Part shown: positions 37,671 through 40,067 of the stretch, one piece after another | Position numbering within the stretch: position 1 is the stretch's first letter | How the letters are laid out: each line of letters opens with the position of its first letter | Assembly (NCBI GenBank): GCA_964363895.1 | Contig: CAYIJV010000004.1 | Span: forward strand, 1-40,067 | Source: an uncultured Candidatus Saccharibacteria bacterium | GTDB lineage: Bacteria > Patescibacteriota > Minisyncoccia > Phycocordibacterales > UBA2100 | DNA: 40,067 nt | Direction: 5' to 3' | Notes under the pieces: generated by a model | What the model was told of the DNA's origin: nothing | Database searches by the model: none | The model's input: only the letters and a program-made list of their open reading frames with translations | Position numbers and translations under genes: made by a program

Positions 37671-37745
37671 ATCGAACATTCCCTTTATAACAGATTCGCC
37701 TCTCGCATGCGACCTACCTGCCGTTAGGCAGTGAAAAATTAAATA

Positions 37746-38849
37746 TTACTTGAGTATTTCCTCGAGCGGGACAGGTGCAGGCACATCAATCACCATAAAT
37801 GAGATGCGTCCGATAAGTTGGCCATATTGAGTGATGACGTTGACACGCCACTTCCCCGGCGTTATACCAGTTTTGATTGAATAGCCGCGATACCCACCAT
37901 CGCGTCCGCCGATGATCGGAAATCGTAATGTATCTGTCGTCATCCACTGATCCACCATCATGTCGTAACGCTGCCATTCGTGCAGAATAACGGCAGACAA
38001 ACCTGATGGTGCAAAAATCGCACTGTAGGCATACACGCTCTCACCCTCCGTGTGATGAAAGCGCGTGTTATACCGCAAGTACGCCTCATACCACGGCACA
38101 GGCTCTCCTAAGAGATTATAGCTTTCTGCAGATCCACGGCTGACATTGTGATATATGCCGGCGTCCTTGAGTGCGAGCGGCAGGGGCGGAATTGCATTGG
38201 TGAAATACAAGATGTTAAATGCAACAAAAATGACGGCGATCGCGCGCACGACCCGCGTGCGCTCCTGAAGCACAATCTCTGGAGTCAAGCGATATAAAAG
38301 CAGGAGAAAGAGCGCAATGAGACCAAGGCTTGTGATACCGCTTATCAAAAACATGTACGGCCCAATACGATGAAATACAACGGGCAAAAAGAAGATAAGA
38401 AACGAGAATAGGACTGTAAAAAATACCGATATTTGAAATGAGAACTTCATGTAGAGGCGTACGAAACGTTCATTTCCCAATAGAAGTCCTGCAACGATAA
38501 GAACAAATATCCAACTGACGGCAAACGTTGCGCTCCGACTGTATAGTGAAAGGTATCCGCTGAAAAGACCGCCGAATGCAAACTGGGCAAGAACGGGAAT
38601 GAGCGGCGCCACTTTCAAAAGCCACGGCGCCTGCAAGCGACCACTTGTGATCAAATTCAACACGATGATGCAGGAGGCAGCGAGTACAATGTATGAAAAC
38701 AGAAGCAGGTGACCCGTCCACAGATCAACGCGACGTAATAGGATCAGATTATCCGCCACAAACCCTGCGATAAGCGCAAGCGGCGATATGTAGCGCATAT
38801 ACCAACGCGCCAATTCATCAACACTTTTCGGAAGATATCTTCTCACCAT
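37746..38849 (-). CDS. DUF2914-domain membrane protein
   Basis: About seven TM helices, then YSAIFAP...HEW...GGRDGGYRGYSIK...GKWRVNV. Confidence 0.8.
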   Translation of the reverse strand: MVRRYLPKSVDELARWYMRYISPLALIAGFVADNLILLRRVDLWTGHLLLFSYIVLAASCIIVLNLITSGRLQAPWLLKVAPLIPVLAQFAFGGLFSGYLSLYSRSATFAVSWIFVLIVAGLLLGNERFVRLYMKFSFQISVFFTVLFSFLIFFLPVVFHRIGPYMFLISGITSLGLIALFLLLLYRLTPEIVLQERTRVVRAIAVIFVAFNILYFTNAIPPLPLALKDAGIYHNVSRGSAESYNLLGEPVPWYEAYLRYNTRFHHTEGESVYAYSAIFAPSGLSAVILHEWQRYDMMVDQWMTTDTLRFPIIGGRDGGYRGYSIKTGITPGKWRVNVITQYGQLIGRISFMVIDVPAPVPLEEILK

Positions 38850-38851
38850 AT

Positions 38852-39415
38852 CTATTTGCCTTTGTATTGTGGCGGCTCCTCGATAACTCCAGCACGATGA
38901 TTCGCAAGACGCGTAAGCGCGTACAGGAGAGAAGACAAACGGTTCGCATACGCTCTGCTTGATTCACTCACGACTCGCTCCCCCGACTCATGCAATGTAA
39001 CAAGGCGACGCTCCGCGCGTCGTGCGACCGCGCGCGCGATGTCGAGCCGCGAAGAGAGCTCCGTGCCGCCCGGCACAAGAAACGTTTTTATCGGCGGCAT
39101 CTCCGCTTCAATGCGATTGATAAGAACACCAAGCGCCTCGACACTCGAAAGTGCTATGGACTTTGGCGCACCAGCGACTTCGGCTTGTAATGTAAACAGA
39201 TGATCTTGCACATCGTGCAAAAGGATCTTCACGCTGCGCCCCTGCGTCACAAACTCATCCTGACACTCGACTTTGCACCAACCAACAAGCGTATTAAGTT
39301 CGTCGAGCATTCCTAGGCATTCAAAAATAGAGCTCGCTTTCGACGCGCGTTGACCCGGCCCTGAATCAAAGAGTTTCGTACTTCCATCATCTCCCTTTCC
39401 TGTAAAAAGTGCCAT
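38852..39415 (-). CDS. PduO-type ATP:cob(I)alamin adenosyltransferase family protein
   Basis: FTGKGDDGST, GMLDELN, FLVPGG, ARAVARRAER, NRLSSLLY. Confidence 0.92.
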   Translation of the reverse strand: MALFTGKGDDGSTKLFDSGPGQRASKASSIFECLGMLDELNTLVGWCKVECQDEFVTQGRSVKILLHDVQDHLFTLQAEVAGAPKSIALSSVEALGVLINRIEAEMPPIKTFLVPGGTELSSRLDIARAVARRAERRLVTLHESGERVVSESSRAYANRLSSLLYALTRLANHRAGVIEEPPQYKGK

Positions 39416-39418
39416 GGG

Positions 39419-39502
39419 TGCCCGGGACAGGACTTGCACCTGCACGCCCTTGCGGGCACTACCACCTCAAGGTAGCTTGTATACTAATTTCAACACCCGG
39501 GC
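39419..39502 (-). tRNA. tRNA-Leu (GAG)
   Basis: Acceptor GCCCGGG/CCCGGGC, anticodon arm CTACC-TTGAGGT-GGTAG, long variable arm GCCC-GCAA-GGGC, discriminator A. CCA is not encoded. Confidence 0.92.
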
Positions 39503-39579
39503 ATTAAAGCTTCACAGCTTCTGACCAACTATACGCAACATTTTCTCTATTTTCAATCGTTTAGGGAAAGAAAGACGCG

Positions 39580-40023
39580 TTACTCGCTTTTCGTTTCCGA
39601 TTCAGCCGCAGCGGCAACCGACTCTTCTTCCTTTGCAATGACCTTCGTTACTCCCGAGACATTCACCATCAAGCGGGAGCGGCGCAACTGACGACGGGCT
39701 TCGCGCGCGACTTTTTCACGAATGAAGTAAAGTTTTGCACGACGAACCCGAGAACGTTTTACAATCTCGACTTTGTCTATCATCGGAGAATAGAGCGGAA
39801 AGACTTTTTCAACGCCTACACCGCTTGCAACACGCCGTACCGTAAATGTACCGCCCGGTTCCGTGCCATGTTTGCGCGCAAGCACCAACCCCTCAAATAC
39901 CTGGAGACGAACCTTGCCTTTCTCTTCAATTTTCTGCCACACACGTACAGTGTCCCCCGGCCGAAGGTCTAGATTTTTACGCGCATCCATATCGACGGAC
40001 GATATTTTGACTACGTTTTTCAC
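39580..40023 (-). CDS. rplS: 50S ribosomal protein bL19
   Basis: GDTVRV, RLQVFEG, TFTVRRVASGVGVEKVFP, VRRAKLYFIR; GTG start. Confidence 0.98.
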   Translation of the reverse strand: MKNVVKISSVDMDARKNLDLRPGDTVRVWQKIEEKGKVRLQVFEGLVLARKHGTEPGGTFTVRRVASGVGVEKVFPLYSPMIDKVEIVKRSRVRRAKLYFIREKVAREARRQLRRSRLMVNVSGVTKVIAKEEESVAAAAESETKSE

Positions 40024-40067
40024 GTCGACACTATAGCATCAGAGCCGAAAAACGCCAATACATCGTA

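Noticed and set aside
37596-39502. tRNA genes as integration sites of an island
   Set aside because: No duplicated tRNA 3' end and no integrase found in the window.

Overview
A 40-kb chromosomal window that looks like a Patescibacteria/CPR genome, most likely Parcubacteria. This is inferred from the homodimeric GlyRS, type-2 IleRS, short RecO, rplK with no rplA behind it, a large PG-binding surface protein and a GPGGC Cys-repeat protein. Most genes are housekeeping: ftsK, recA, efp, rpsF-ssb-rpsR, metG-tatD, glyS, recO, ileS, argS, secE-nusG-rplK, rplS, tRNA-His and tRNA-Leu. There are also surface proteins and a membrane-lipid/glycosylation cluster. A ~3.6-kb accessory island between efp and rpsR holds two modules. 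One is a MazG-like pyrophosphatase plus a GIY-YIG nuclease/DUF2075 helicase fused to an apparently intact LexA/UmuD-type S24 autopeptidase, the best candidate for an undescribed RecA-switched defence system. The other is an HTH-Panacea antitoxin paired with a RelE-like toxin. Sequence-level signals also worth noting: (1) a wHTH gene beside ftsK carrying phased TGTCCTTT repeats inside its own CDS and in its upstream region; (2) an 18-bp promoter-like motif in two back-to-back pairs flanking one gene; (3) extended -10 boxes 6-7 nt from many start codons, suggesting leaderless mRNAs; (4) small palindromes and 7-bp-period tracts, some in-frame in essential genes. No database searches were run; family calls come from motif recognition.
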